From positions 101,404,629 to 101,468,628 of the forward strand of contig NC_057718.1 of assembly GCF_004010195.1 (NCBI RefSeq): a stretch of DNA of 64,000 nucleotides. The letters run 5' to 3'. The stretch is from Chiloscyllium plagiosum (taxonomy: Eukaryota). The notes under the pieces were generated by a model that had not been told where the DNA came from, did not search any database, and was given only the letters and a program-made list of their open reading frames with translations. Positions 23,630 to 36,324 of the stretch are shown one piece after another; the stretch's first letter is position 1, and every line of letters begins with the position of its first letter. The translations under genes and the position numbers were made by a program.

Positions 23630-23990
23630 TAATTCATTCATGGGATGCGATCATCACCAACTTTATACTCTGTCTGTGGTTGGAATGATTTTCTTGACTA
23701 TTTCATAGTTGACCACGTTACTGTGGGTCTGGAGTCACGTGTGGGTCAGTGCCGGTAAGGGCAGCAGTTTCTTGCCCCAAAGGACGTTAGGGAAGCAGGT
23801 GGGTTTTTAAAATGACAATCAGCAATGGTTTTATGGTCTTCAAATTGACAGTGTCATCCCTAGACTTTTAATTGCATACTTGTATTGAATTCTGATGCCA
23901 CCTTCTGCTATTGTGGAACTTGGGACCCCAGAATAGTATTCAGGCCTCTGGATTACTAGCCCAGCAACAATAACTCTCGACCATGGCCTA
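23630..23990 (-). mobile_element. tRNA-derived SINE, family 2, degraded
   Basis: ctgtgggtctggagtcacgtgtgg...ggtaagggcagcagtttc...ctctggattactagccc. Confidence 0.6.
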
Positions 23991-25814
23991 CTTACAATTC
24001 AAACTACTTGAAATTTAAAAGTGGACATCTCATCATGTCTGAAATAAAACTAGTGGGGGAGAAAAAAGAACATGTTTTATAGATGACCTCTTGGGTTTTA
24101 GGTTTGTTTACTTTCACTGTGTGATTAGCCAACTCTAGTCTGTAATCCAGATCCGGTTCACCCCATCGACCGCCAATTCTGGCAACATAGAAATGTCAGT
24201 CGACTTATTTGGCTCCTCAAACCTTCCCTCCCATTCAGTCAGATCGTGGTTAATCTGTGTCATTGCTCTGTTTGTTCGCCTTATCCTATTCCCTTAATGT
24301 CCTTGCCCAACAAAAATAAATCAGTCTCCATTTTGAAGTGACTTCAGTAGCAGCAGACATCACAGTATTGCCACTGCTCCCAGATTTTAAATATTATGCT
24401 TCGTCATCAAAGTAAAATTATCAGGATTTCATTTTAAAAAAAAACAGGATTTAGAGGCATTTTAAAATGAAGAAAATGTCTCCACAAATGTATTTAAATA
24501 GGGAAAGGCTGAATTCAAATAAAGAGAATGTGGCCTGTGGGAGTTGAGTCGATTTTATTAATACAAGGAGGATCAATGTTCGCAATAGATTGCAAAAAAA
24601 ACACACAATATAGAGAGGCATTAGGAAAGCAGCTGTCAGACACTGTGAGAAAGCAAGAAATGTTGTTGCTGAAGCTTTGAGTAGCCTTTCTGATCTCTTG
24701 GCTGGCTTTCAGTTCCAATTTAGTTTTTTTTCAAAAGGCAGCACGTTTTTGAATCCAACACCCCCTCCCACCCCCACGTCTGGCTGCCTGAACATTTTAT
24801 CCCTCACTGTCACCCCAGTGATAATACCAGCCCTGGTTTTGAACGCACTTTTGGTTCATTCGAGAAACCTCCCTCCTGATTAAGAATCCTCTGGTCCTAT
24901 CAACCAATTCCATTGTGATGTTGCAGTCTCTTAATCTCTCAAAGCCCAGGGAGAGAACCCATCTCATCTTTAACTATTGCTTCAGTTTCTATCCAGCTGA
25001 CATATTAAGTGTTGGCACCTGGATCCCAGATTCTCCTTAAAACAAGGAAACTTGTTTGCTTCCCCCCTCTGATTTTAACTCCTGAAGGAAGATAGTTTAT
25101 CTTGGACATTCAGAAGCTGTTGTACCCTCTGAAATTTCAGGGGCAGGAGGAGCACCCAGGTTGGGCTATTTGCATCACTCTGCTATTACCCTGGCATAAG
25201 CATCTCACAGAACTGTTCCAAAGGCAGAGGTCACACCACACCTAGTTGGAGTCCGACAGGTTTAATTGAAATCACAAGCTTTCAGAGTGTTGCCCCTTTG
25301 TCAGGTTCATGTACAGGAGTACAGTGAAAGTAGACAATTTCGCCCCACATTGCACCAACTTACGTACTAAGTATCTAGGTACAAATTTTAGATACAAAAT
25401 AGAGAGCAAATGCAATGCTCAACAAATGCTCTTATCTCAAATTTGTTTTGTTTGACGAAAATAAAATGTTTGCCGAGACAGTATTGAGAGGGTGCATGTC
25501 GAATATAGATTAAGATATTAATGAAAGAGTTCCTGCAGAAAGTTCCTTGGGTTTGAGCAGTATTTTTGAAGGCCAGATAGAGTTAAGACATTAATTTGCT
25601 TCCTAGAAGAGAGATCATGTAGCAGAGCTAAACAAAACTGAGCTGAACAAATCCTGCTTGGAGTGTTGGTGGGGTAGAAAGTTGCAGAAGGGCAAACATT
25701 GATTTTTTTTGTGACTCGAGGTATTCTCTTACAATTGTGGTTAGATAGCTGAATAAATCTTGCAGGAACTTGTACGTGCAGTACATTTATAAGGATAAGG
25801 TTTTAATAATTGAT

Positions 25815-26414
25815 TTGGAGTTTCTGGTGTTGGACTGGGGTGTACAAAGTTAAAAATCACACAACAGGTTATAGTCGAACAGGTTTATTTGGAAGCACTA
25901 GCTTTCGGAGCACCGCTCCTTTATAAGGTGGTTTTGGAGTATAAGATCATAGGACACAGAATTTAGAGTCATAGAGATGTACAGCATGGAAACAGACCCT
26001 TCGGTCCAACCTGTCCATGTCGACCAGATATCCCAACCCAATCTAGTCCCACCTGCTAGCATCCAGCCCATATCCCTCCAAACCCTTCCTATTCATATAC
26101 CCATCCAAATACCTCTTCACTGTTGCAATTGTACCAGCCTCCACCACATCCTCTGGCAGCTCATTCCACACACGTACCACCCTCTGTGTGAAAAAGTTTC
26201 CCCGTAGGTCTCTTATATCTTTCCCCTCTCACCCTAAACCTACGCCCTCTAGTTCTAATTGTGGCAACATTTATAGCACTATAAACGTTTGCTATAAATT
26301 CTGTCTCTTACGATCTTATACTCCACACCCACCTAATGAAGGAGCAGTGCTCCGAAGGCTAGTGCTTCCAAGTGAACCTGTTGGACTATAACCTGGTGTT
26401 GTGAGATTTTTAAC
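25815..26414. mobile_element. PLE family C fold-back element with a nested HER1 fragment
   Basis: Arms aagttaaaaatcacacaac...ggaagcactagctttcggagc and gctccgaaggctagtgcttcc...gttgtgagatttttaactt are inverted. Exact 12-bp TSD ttaataattgat at 25803-25814 and 26415-26426. Confidence 0.8.
25966..26257 (-). mobile_element. HER1/CR1 LINE 3' end nested in the PLE
   Basis: agagtcatagagatgtacagcatggaaacagacccttcggtccaac...ctctggcagctcattccacacacgtaccaccctctgtgtgaaaaag. Confidence 0.9.
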
Positions 26415-27782
26415 TTAATAATTGATGTAAATTTGGGTGGAATCTGCTGGGGGGAGTGGGTGGGTGGGAAGGTAGAGAATGAGTACATGAAAGCTTCCTT
26501 CTCAGCAGCTCCTGTATTTGTGGCTTGGCTTTGAATAATTGGCTTCCTTTCTCAAAAAGACCAACAGATGGTCTCTGCTTTTACAGAATATATATTGAGT
26601 CTATGCATGAGAGGTTTCTCATTGGTCTGCCAAAGTATTTAAATTATTCCAATCACCTGGTTCTGCATGGGCATGCGTTCTGTTGAATGTCAGACTTGCC
26701 ATTGGCTGAAAGTAGGCCAACTCTTCCCTCCGAATTCTCATCTTTAGAGTGGCTTTCTCAGTCACCTTTTTCACGTTTTTGTTCCAACACATTTTAGATG
26801 TGGCGGTTTAATTGGAATAAAAAGAGGGTCATCAGGTTGTGAGATTACATGGCACATTTGGTGGCCTGCGCAGTTTTCCTCTCGTTAAATTGTGTCGGAG
26901 GAAAGTTAGGGACAGCGTGCAGGATCACTTGCAATTGGCTAAAGAACCTGGTGAGCACATTTAAACAAGAGGTTGCAGTCTCCTGCAGTCTGACACACTC
27001 AGGCTCCTTGACCAGCTCCTTCCTACCCCATGACCTCTACTGTAAGGACAGCAGATACATGGGAACACCATCATCTGCAATCTCCCCTCCAAGCCCCTCA
27101 CTATCTCAACTTGGAACGATATCAGCCATTTCGGTATCCTGGAACTCTGTCCCGAAAGGAACTGTGGTGTACTTCCACCCCAAGCTTTGTAGTGATTGAA
27201 GAAGGTGACTCACTATCACCCCCTCCAGGGTAACTAGGGATCAACAAGAAAGATCGCCCTAAACCAGGGGCACTCACATCCTGTGGGTGAATTTTTTTAA
27301 AAAGACCATCACAACCTTATGGTGATTTTATTGAAATAAATGCTGCACTTCTCGAACATTCTTAGCTATATTTTATTGCCTGATGAAGAGAAATGGACTG
27401 CCAAGACATTATCACCCCACCTCCCCACTGGTGACATCCATCAGGAGGTTAGGACAATAGAAGTTTATGGAATTTTAGATTTTATACAGATGGCTGTCCA
27501 CTGTGATGTGAATGCTAGAAATCTGGAATAAAAGCAGAAAATGCTTTAAATACCCAGTGGGTGAGGCAGCAACTGTAGATCCTGTTAGGTGCCAGTTGAG
27601 TGACCTGATATGCACGCACCGATAATTTATTTGAAAAACATTTCCTCAAAAGAACACAGATAGTCCATGGAGCAGCCCAAAGGGTCACGTATAAACAGTG
27701 GAATTATGGTCATGTTCAACTGATCACATGACCCTAAGTAAACAAAAGTCCCCAACCAAGATGTTGTTTTGACCTCTTTCTT

Positions 27783-27992
27783 TTACACAGAGGGTGGTGT
27801 GTATATGGAATGAGCTGCCAGTGGAAGTGGTTGAGGCGGGTACACTAACAACATTTAACACGCATTTGGACACATACATGGATAGGAAAGGATTAGAAGG
27901 ATATGGGCCAAGTGCAGGGAAATTTGACATTTTGGTCGGCATGGGCCAGTTTGGGTCAAAGGGCCTGTCTCCGTGCTGTAGGAATCTATGAT
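27783..27992 (+). mobile_element. HER1/CR1 LINE 3' end
   Basis: FTQRVVCIWNELPVEVVEAGTLTTFNTHLDTYMDRKGLEGYG. Confidence 0.85.
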
Positions 27993-28699
27993 GATATAAC
28001 TACTCCTGCCAGCCACTTGCAAGCACTCAGTTGAAGATCTAATAATCTCTGCTTTGAAAGGTAATTATTCTCGGTGTCATTAATTGAATGTCTGTGTGTC
28101 AACAGCTGACTCTAGTGCAGCTGGCCTTCAGTAGGACTCTGTTATCTTGTAAGAAAAGCCGGTTCCATGACAAACGACCTGAGTGTTATGAAGGACGAAG
28201 CAATTACAGAATGCCCCGACCTCAGGAGATTTCCGACAGAGCTGCCAATGTCAAGGGAGCTGTGCAGCGTTAGTTACTTAGATTTGAAATGGTGGAATGG
28301 AAGGAGTGTTGTCAGTGGCTGAGGATAGCAGGAATCTAGGGATGGACTGTGAGCAGAACAGGGCTGGAATCCCACAATGATTTAGACTCCTCCTTACAGC
28401 ACTTATGATGTATTTGCCTACTTGGTGCATCACACACATTCTTCTGAGGAGCAACGTGCCATAAAAATAAATTGTGTTGTGCTGTGCCTCTCAAGGTCAC
28501 TATGTTGAAAGCCCAGGTATGCAGTGAAATGGCTGTTGGACTTGTTTGTTTCAGTGCACCTGCCTCCATTGGGTTTGCTGTGTTGGTGCTTGGTCAGTTG
28601 AATTGGTCTGCTGAAACATCACGAGAAACAAAGGCCCTGTAGTTTGGGTGTTGGAAATGCTACATCTTTTTGACACTTGGTCTGTATGGGATTGGGAGA

Positions 28700-29228
28700 C
28701 CGCACATGGAGTATTGCATGCAATTTTGGTCCCCTTACTTGAGGAAGAAGGTATTGTATTGGAAGCAGTTCAGAGGAGATTGATTCTAGAGATGAAGATT
28801 TTGTCTAATGAGGTGAGATTGAGCAGTTTAGGGCTGCATTCTGTGGAGTTCAGAAGAAATGAGAGGAGATCTAATTGAGGTACGTAAGGAGGATTGAAAA
28901 AGTAGATGTTTCCTCATTGGGGAGGGGCAGTCCAGAACAAGGTGTCATAGTTTAAGGATAAGGGGATGACAGATTTAAAACAGATGAGGAGAAGTTACAT
29001 CTCTCAAAGGATGATAAATCTGTGGAATTGACTAGCCTGGAGTTTTGCTGGGATACAGAATAAATTTAGAGAGGAGATGGACGGATTTTTAATTAGTAAT
29101 GGGTAAAGGGTCATGGAAATTGGGCTGGAAAGTATACGTTTATTCTGAGATGAGATCAGCCACGATTGTATTAAATAGCAGAACAGGTTTGAGGGGCTGA
29201 ATGATCTACACCTGCTCCCAATTCTTAT
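28700..29228 (+). mobile_element. CR1 LINE 3' fragment, second subfamily
   Basis: Degenerate RPHMEYCMQFWSPYL...LEAVQRR...LHSVEFRR.RGDLIE, with tail gaggggctgaatgatctacacctgctccc. Confidence 0.75.
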
Positions 29229-29300
29229 GATTTGGAGATGCCGGTGTTGGACTGGGGTGTACAAAGTTAAAAATCACACAACATCAGGTTATAGTCCATA
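29229..29300 (-). mobile_element. PLE family C terminal fragment
   Basis: gatttggagatgccggtgttggactggggtgtacaaagttaaaaatcacacaacatcaggttatagtcca, near-identical to 30686-30755. Confidence 0.7.
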
Positions 29301-29756
29301 TTGATAGGAAGAGGAGGCCATTCAGCCCCTCGAATGTTGTCTACTGCCACAGATAATAGAAACCTGTCTCTTGGAGGATGCAAAATAGCAAATAGTCTGA
29401 ATGGGAAGGGAACAAATTTGTTCTGATGTGGCCTATTATGACTGATTTATACTTGATTGATCAGCATTATATTGGAAAGATGAAGCATGCTGTGTTAATT
29501 CATGTGTGTAATCATTTGTAACAGATTGTGTGTTTTGTTTCCTGAACAGTTCTGCTGAGTCATAACACCATGTAATTTGCTGCATAGGAAGATCATGTTG
29601 AGTATGTCATAGACCTCACAACTTCAAAGTATATAGAATGCAGTATGGTCAACAATATTGAAAACGTAAAGAAAACACAGGAAGATATAACCGGGTTTAC
29701 AGAGCAACTGGATAGAGCAAATTTAGAAGAACAAAGAGTCATTGTTGTAGGAGGGA

Positions 29757-30293
29757 AGGCCACATATGGAGTACTGCATGCAATTCTGATTGCCTTGCTA
29801 TAGGAAGGATGTCATTAAACTGGAAAGGGTGCAAAAAAAATTTACAAGGATTGACAAGATTGGAGGGTTTTAGCTATTGGAAGAGGCTAGATAGACTGGG
29901 ACATTTTTCTCTGGAGCCTAGGAGACTGAGGGGTGACCTTATAGAGGTTTATAAAACCATGAGGGGCATAGATAAGGTGAATAGGTAAGGTATTTTGCCC
30001 CCAGGGTAGGGGAGTCCAAAACTAGAGGGTACAGGTTTAAGGTGAGACGGGCAAGATTTAAAAGAGATCTGAGAGACAACTTGTTCAAACAAAGGGTGGT
30101 CCTTATATGGAACGAGCTGCCAGAGGAACTGGTAGAGGCAGGTTCAATTGCAACATTTAAAAGACGTTTGGACAGGGACATGGATAGGCTATGAGCCAAA
30201 TGCAGGAAAATGGGACTAGTTCAGTTTGGGAAACCTGGTCGGCATGGTCCAGTTGGGCCGAAGGGTCTGTTTCCACACTATATGACTCTATGA
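29757..30293 (+). mobile_element. HER1/CR1 LINE 3' end
   Basis: RPHMEYCMQF...KLERVQKKFTR...FSLEPRRLRGDLIEVYK...RGYRFKVR...WNELPEELVEAG, with an actctatga tail. Confidence 0.9.
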
Positions 30294-30685
30294 TTAAGGA
30301 AACCTTTTTTTCTTCTTTTGTGGAATGTGAGTGTCATGGGCAAGGCCAGCATTTATTACCCCTTCCCTAGTTGAATAGGTGGTTGGTATCTGTCTGCTTC
30401 CTGCAGGGTGTTTTTATCTGATGTTCTCATGCTTCTGTATTCTCCTGTAACATAAGAAACCAGGCGTAGTTATGATGGTGTTAGAGAATCTAGCAAGCTC
30501 TTATTACCACAATCTGTTCTAAACACAAACATGGGGCACAGAGCTTCTGAGCTAATTTTAAGTTATTGAGTTGCAACAGAGCAGCATGCTTCCTGTAGAG
30601 TGCCATGCTTCAAGTGATCTGAGGTAAGATGGAGTCTGAGATCTTTGTCTTGAGATCACATGCTACAATGCAATGATCATATCAT

Positions 30686-30820
30686 GATTTGGAGATGCCG
30701 GTGTTGGACTGGGGTGTACAAAGTTAAAAATCACACAACACCAGGTTATAGTCCAACAGGTTTATTTGGAAGCATGAGCTTTCGGAGCGCCAAACCTTCT
30801 TCACCTGTTGGACTATAACC
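30686..30820. mobile_element. PLE family C short fold-back
   Basis: ggttatagtccaacagg...gagctttcggagcgc...cctgttggactataacc. Confidence 0.75.
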
Positions 30821-31145
30821 AAAATGCTACTGTCTTGTAGCTGCATTCATGAACTACTGCAGCCTATGTGGTGTATGTGGAGCCACAGCACTGTTCCCAA
30901 GGCAGGTCCATTATTCCTGAAAACGTGTGAACTCCAAGGGATAGGGGACCAAAATCATCTGGAATAAGAGATACACATGTTGTCAAAAATTTCGACACAA
31001 TTTGATAAAGCCATGCAATGCAGAAAGAAAATGCTTGGTTTCGTTTCTAAGGGGAATGAATTCAAAAGGGAGGAAGTTATGTTGGAGGTTTTATGTTGAA
31101 ACCCTGTTGCAAACACAATTACTTGCATTTATACAGCATCTCTTA

Positions 31146-31412
31146 ATTAGATTAGATTAGATTACATTACAGTGTGGAAACAGGCCCTTCCGCCCAACAA
31201 GTCCACACCGACCTGCCGAAGCGCAACCCACCCATACCCCTACATTCACCACCCACCCAACACTACGGGCAATTTAGCATGGCCAATTCACCCGACCTGC
31301 ACATCTTTGGACTGTGGGAGGAAACCGGAGCACCCGGAGGAAACCCACGCAGACACGGGGAGAACGCACAAACTCCACACAGTCAGTCGCCTGAGGCGGG
31401 AATTGAACCCGG
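31146..31412 (-). mobile_element. Young HE1 V-SINE, 5'-truncated, with (attag)n tail
   Basis: attagattagattag...cagtgtggaaacaggccc...gcctgaggcgggaattgaacccggg. CpGs are retained. Confidence 0.9.
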
Positions 31413-32299
31413 GTAATGTAATGAAATGTGTAAATGTAATGTGTAAATGTAATGAAATGTATCAACGCACTTCAATAGAGCAATTATTGAGCTACAGAAG
31501 GAGTTACTGGGACAGATGCCCAAATGTTTGAAAAAGGCAGGTTCTGAGGTTGTCTTAAAGGAAGAGATGAAAGAGAGGGGAGTAGAGAGGAGGGAGAATC
31601 CAAAATTCAGGGTCCGACCTTCTAAGGGCACAACTATTGAACAATTAAAATCAGATGGCCTCCAATTATGCCTTTGTGCACACATTTAAATAATGATTTC
31701 CAATGTCTCTGAAGCAGCTCGAGCTTTGACCTCGGCTTTCTGGCTGAGAGGGATGGACACTACCACAAGAGCCCCTCTCCCACCCCAAATACTTTCAATT
31801 ATGTGGCATGCAATGGTGTGTGTTTTTTTTTAAATCTGTCATTCAGTTGATAGATTTACTTTCTAATCAACCTGTTCAAAGATGTTAGAGCACACCTCAG
31901 GCCACCTGGTCCAAAGATACGGATATTACTCACTGCACCACAAGAGTCCCCAAAGGGGAGCCAACTTTTTTTTAAAACCAATAAACTTTCAACAAATCGC
32001 CCATGTAGGGGAGCCAGCCCTTAAATATATGAACTAGTGAGTATTAGTTGTGTTCGATAATCTTCAGAGCAGGTCTTGACTCATTCTTGAAGGGCACATA
32101 ATTTATAGCATTGTCTCTATACAGTGGCAGAGGAAATGTACATAAATGCCAGAATTCACGTGAGTGAATTAAATAAAAACTTGAAGCAACATTGTAAGGG
32201 GAGCCCTATGTAACTGACTTCTCTTTCACCAAAATTGTTTGTATTATCTACCAGCTTCCATTGTTTGGCAGAGATTTACTGTACTTCCTCGTGGCACAT

Positions 32300-32500
32300 C
32301 AGGTAGCTCAGTTTGCTGGATGGCTGGTTTTATGACAAAAGAATGGGTTCAATGCCTGCATCGGCTGAGCTGACTTTGAAAGACTGTCCTTCTCAACCTC
32401 TCCTCTCTCCTGAGACATGATGAACCTCAGGTTAAATCACCACCAGTCGTCTCTCTCTAAAGAGCGACCAGCCCTTTGTTCTGAGCGGGGCAATGGTGAT
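32300..32500 (+). mobile_element. tRNA-derived SINE, family 4
   Basis: ggtagctcagtttgctggatggctggttt...tgggttcaatgcc...ccttctcaacctctcc...cctcaggttaaatcaccaccagtcgtctctctctaa. Confidence 0.65.
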
Positions 32501-32656
32501 TCCTTTCTTTAGTTGTTCATGATTAGATCATTGAGGTTTAGCTGTGCTTTTGTGAAAGTGTTGAGTAATTACTTACAATGATTAGATCTGTGATTGCATC
32601 TCATTTTATTCCATTATGTTTCTCTTTAATTTGTCAATTTATTTTTCCAATTGCAG

Positions 32657-32687
32657 GCGTTTCCTTGTATATCCACTGGCATCTACG
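32657..32687 (+). CDS. MACROD2: Single 31-bp internal coding exon of a macrodomain ADP-ribose glycohydrolase, most likely MACROD2 (MACROD1 not fully excluded)
   Basis: Pyrimidine-rich acceptor ...tttatttttccaattgcag | GCG TTT CCT TGT ATA TCC ACT GGC ATC TAC G | gtgagt consensus donor. Translates to AFPCISTGIY(G), as in MACROD2 ...RSVAFPCISTGIYGFP. As I recall, the human MACROD2 exon for this peptide is also 31 bp with phase 0/1. Too short for the ORF track. Confidence 0.88.
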
Positions 32688-33315
32688 GTGAGTGCAACTT
32701 TTCTTGATATTTGTTATGATGTGTGACATAGATGACTCCACTTAGGTCTCTTAAAATGGCTTTGCTTTCTCTTATGTGCAATCACAATCATTCTGGCAAA
32801 TCCGTTTGCAGCTATTCCGGTTATTTCCGGCCTAGCTAATCACTTCCCCATGTATTAAGCACTGCAGCACAATTTGTGACCCTTAATGAACCTCTGATTT
32901 AAATTGGGATTAATCTTGTTTAGGCTTTAGTCTATTGAATGTTTAAGGAGTCCAGCACTCTGATTGGATTTTGGCAATTTTCATGCCAAATGTATATCCC
33001 TGGCATAGTAAGTTCCGCATGGAAATTGAAGGGCTTCTTTGTGATTGATTCAACATGGATTATTGTTGTGTTAGCCTCAGTCAGCCGCAGTTCACCTGAT
33101 CACTCCACATGGACTCAGCGGGTCTTCCTCACAGATTTGCAACAGTGATATAGTTACTAACTTCTGATTTCCTTTGCAAGTGGAAACATGTGTTTGTGTT
33201 GTGTGATGCAGTGAGACTCCAGAGTTTGGTGAAGTGCACAACATTCAGTGTATGAGGTATGAAATAAGTTGCATTATTTTAAATACACATCTTGGCTGTC
33301 ACAATATAAAGGGCA

Positions 33316-33697
33316 TGTACTCATTGGAATTTAGGAGAGTGAGAGGCGACCTTATTGAAGTATTTGAGATTTTCAGGGGGCTTGACAGGGTAGGTACAGA
33401 CAGATTGATTCCCCTTGTGGAGACCCCCATTTGAGACAGAGATGAAGAAGAATTTCTTCTCTCAGAGGGGAGTGATTCTGTGGAATTCTTTACCACAGAG
33501 GGCTGTCATGGCGAGGTCGTTAAGTAGATTCAAGGCTGAGATAGACAGACTTTTAATCAGGAAGGGAATCGAGGGTTATGGGGAAAAGGCAGGAAAGTGG
33601 ACTTGAGGATTATCAGATCAGCCATGATCCCATTGAATGGTGGGGCAGACTCAATGGGCTGAATGGCCTTATTCTGCTTGTACATCTTATGGTCTTA
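33316..33697 (+). mobile_element. CR1 LINE 3' end, second subfamily
   Basis: MYSLEFRRVRGDLIEVFEIFRGLDRV...TEMKKNFFSQRGVILWNSLPQRAV...FKAEIDRLL. Confidence 0.88.
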
Positions 33698-34419
33698 CGT
33701 TATTATGAAGAAGGCATGCGGCACCACGGAATGAAATGCTGCGCTTCCAAATATCTTGTCCTAATTACTCAGAATAAAACGTCATATGGATTACACACAG
33801 GAGTTGTAATAACATTATTTTATGAAAGAGTTAAGATGATATTAACATTGTTGCGTACTGTATTTAAAGCAAGAGGTGTTGTACGTAGTCATCACTTCAG
33901 TTGCAAATGCCTTTTGGTCCTGATGCATTTTTCACAGAAGTTACATTTGATTGGCTTGATGGAGGTTGAGAAGATCCTGAACGGTCTTCATCTGGTGGAT
34001 GTGGGAAGAATGTTTTCTGCTTGTGGGTCAGTCCTGCCCTATTTCAAATTCAGGGGGTCACCCTTCCAGGGCAGAGATGACTAGATTTCTTTTTCTTTCT
34101 GAGGCGCATTTTGTTGCCTCTTCTGGGAGATTGCACAGCTGCCAGGTTGTGCAGAGGGGGGAGGGGTGTCGGAGGAGGCATGGAGCGATTAGTAAGACTG
34201 GTTCAGTCGCCATGGCGACTGTTGAATCTTCTACTCCACCATTTTCACATGTTTGTATTGTTCCCATCCCCAAAGGGGATACATACAAGGGCAGGGCTTC
34301 ACCCTGACAGGAATCTCATCCTACAGCTGATCATCTTGAAAATATTCGGAATATGTATCAACGAATCAAACAGATTGTCCTTGGTAATTTTAATATTGTT
34401 TTGATGGAGCAAATGTGAA

Positions 34420-34770
34420 GGATGGTGGCTCAGTGATTAGCCCTGCTGCCTCACTGCGCCCGGGACCTTGGTTCGACTCCACCCTCAGGCGGCTGTCTGT
34501 GTGGAGTTGGCATATTCTCCCCTGTATCTGCTTTGGTTTCTTTCAGGTGGTCCGGTTTCTTCCCACACGCCAAAGATGTGCAGGTTAGGGTGGATTGGCC
34601 ATGCTAAATTGACCATAGTGACTAGGGATGTGCAGGCTAGGCGGGTCGGCCATGGGAAATGCAGGCTTCCGGGCATGGGGGTGGGTCTGGGTGGGGTGCT
34701 CTTCAAAGGGTCAGTGTAGACTCGCTGGGCCGAATGGCCTGCCTCCACACCGTAGGGATTCCATGATTCT
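34420..34770 (+). mobile_element. HE1-type V-SINE
   Basis: ggtggctcagtgattagc...ggttcgactcc...ccaaagatgtgcaggttagggtggattggccatgctaaattg...gggccgaatggcctgcctccacac. Confidence 0.85.
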
Positions 34771-34867
34771 ATGTAAAAACCCACATGACAAAATTAATTG
34801 CACCCCCTAGCTTTTCACTCAGTAAGATGAGAGGAAATGTACAACACAAAGTCTCGTGATTTTAAAT

Positions 34868-34998
34868 GATGTGGAGGTGCTGGTGTTAGACTGGGATGGA
34901 CAAGGTCAGAAGTTACATGACATCAGTTTGTAGTCCAACAGATTTATTTGAAATCACAAGCTTTCTGCGCACTGCTCCTTTGTCAGATTCACCTGAAA
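34868..34998 (-). mobile_element. PLE family C fragment
   Basis: ggaggtgctggtgttagactggg...tagtccaacagatttatttgaaatcacaagctttc...gctcctttgtcag. Confidence 0.65.
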
Positions 34999-34999
34999 C

Positions 35000-35565
35000 G
35001 GCACAGAAACAACTTGATCCAACTCGTCCATGTTGACCACATATCCTATATAAACCCATCCAGATACCTTTTAAATGCTGTAATTATACCAGCCTCCACC
35101 ACATCCTCTGGCAGCTCATTCCATACACACACCAGCCTCTGCGTGAAAACGTTGCCCCTTAGGTCCCTTTTAAATCTTTCTCCTCTCACCTTAAACCTAT
35201 GCCCTCTAGTTCTGGACTCCCCCACGCCAGGGAAAAGTGCCTGTCTATTTACCCTATCCATGCCCTTCATGATTTTATAAACCTCTATAAGGTCACCCCT
35301 CAGCCTCCGGCGCTCCAGGGAAAACAGCCCCAGCCTATTCAGCCTCTCCCTGTAGCTCAAACCCTCCAACACCCTTGTAATTCTTTTCTGAACCCTTTCA
35401 AGTTTCACAACAACCTTCCTATAACAGGGAGACCAGAATTACATGCAGGATTTCAATTGTGGCCTAATTAATGTTCTGTACAGCTGCAACATGACCTCCC
35501 AACTCCTGTACTCAATGTCCTGACCAATAAAGGCAAGTATACCAAACACCTCCTTCACTGTCCTA
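35000..35565 (-). mobile_element. HER1/CR1 LINE 3' fragment
   Basis: ORF 35046-35408 reads KLERVQKRITR..LEGLSYRERLNRLGLFSLERRRLRGDLIEVYKIMKG...WNELPEDVVEAG. Confidence 0.92.
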
Positions 35566-36324
35566 TTCTATACAATGATTTTGAAAATGCTGGCTTGCAA
35601 CATGTGAATGTATATTTGATTTGCTGAGATTGTTGTCTTGCCATATGGGGTTCCCCACCCCTCTTGTACAGAAGAACAACAGCAATGCAATGTCATATAT
35701 GCTCCCAAGGCTCTTTGCAGTATTCAACAGAAAGCCAAAGCAACAGACATCAGGAAAGATGACAAATTCTCGACCAAAAGACTATGCTGTATTTCAGATG
35801 CATCTCACAGAAATGTAATGATCCCAGCTGCTAGTAATTCTGGACCTAGGATCCCTGGCTTGATGGATCATGTATTTAATATTTTGCAGTTGGTTAACAT
35901 TGTTGTTATTTGCTGAAACTTAGTTACACAAGGCTGCAGGTGTCCTTTAACAACAGATCATAAGTTTATCACACAAAAGAAGGAAAAGAACAAAACTATA
36001 TGTAGAAGACAGAAAGATCTTAACTCAAACATTTAAATAACCTGTCCTACTGAGTGTTTCCAACATTTAGTTTCTTTTATTGAAGGAGACATTAGCACAA
36101 GTAGCCAAAAATTTGGCCAAGGCAAATAGTCATTGAGAAGGGAAACAGACCCTTCAGTCCAACTCGTCCATGCCGACCAGATATTCTAAACTAATCTAGT
36201 CCCATTTGCCAGCACTTGGCCCATATCTCTTTAAGTACTTCCTATTCATATATCCACCCAGAGACTTAATAAACGACATCTACCACTCTGCCTTCATCAA
36301 TCTTTTTGATTACTTCATTAAAAA

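Noticed and set aside
26331..26365. Functional hammerhead in the family C arm
   Set aside because: The core is mutated (CTAATGA and GAAG). Similarly decayed cores at 12946-12975, 25898-25930, 38971-39000, 45356-45388 and 57492-57519 are counted only as relics.
33578..34084. 168-aa ORF and other non-repeat ORFs in the track
   Set aside because: This ORF starts within a CR1 3' UTR and has no recognisable domain. The other short ORFs likewise look like chance frames or repeat translations.
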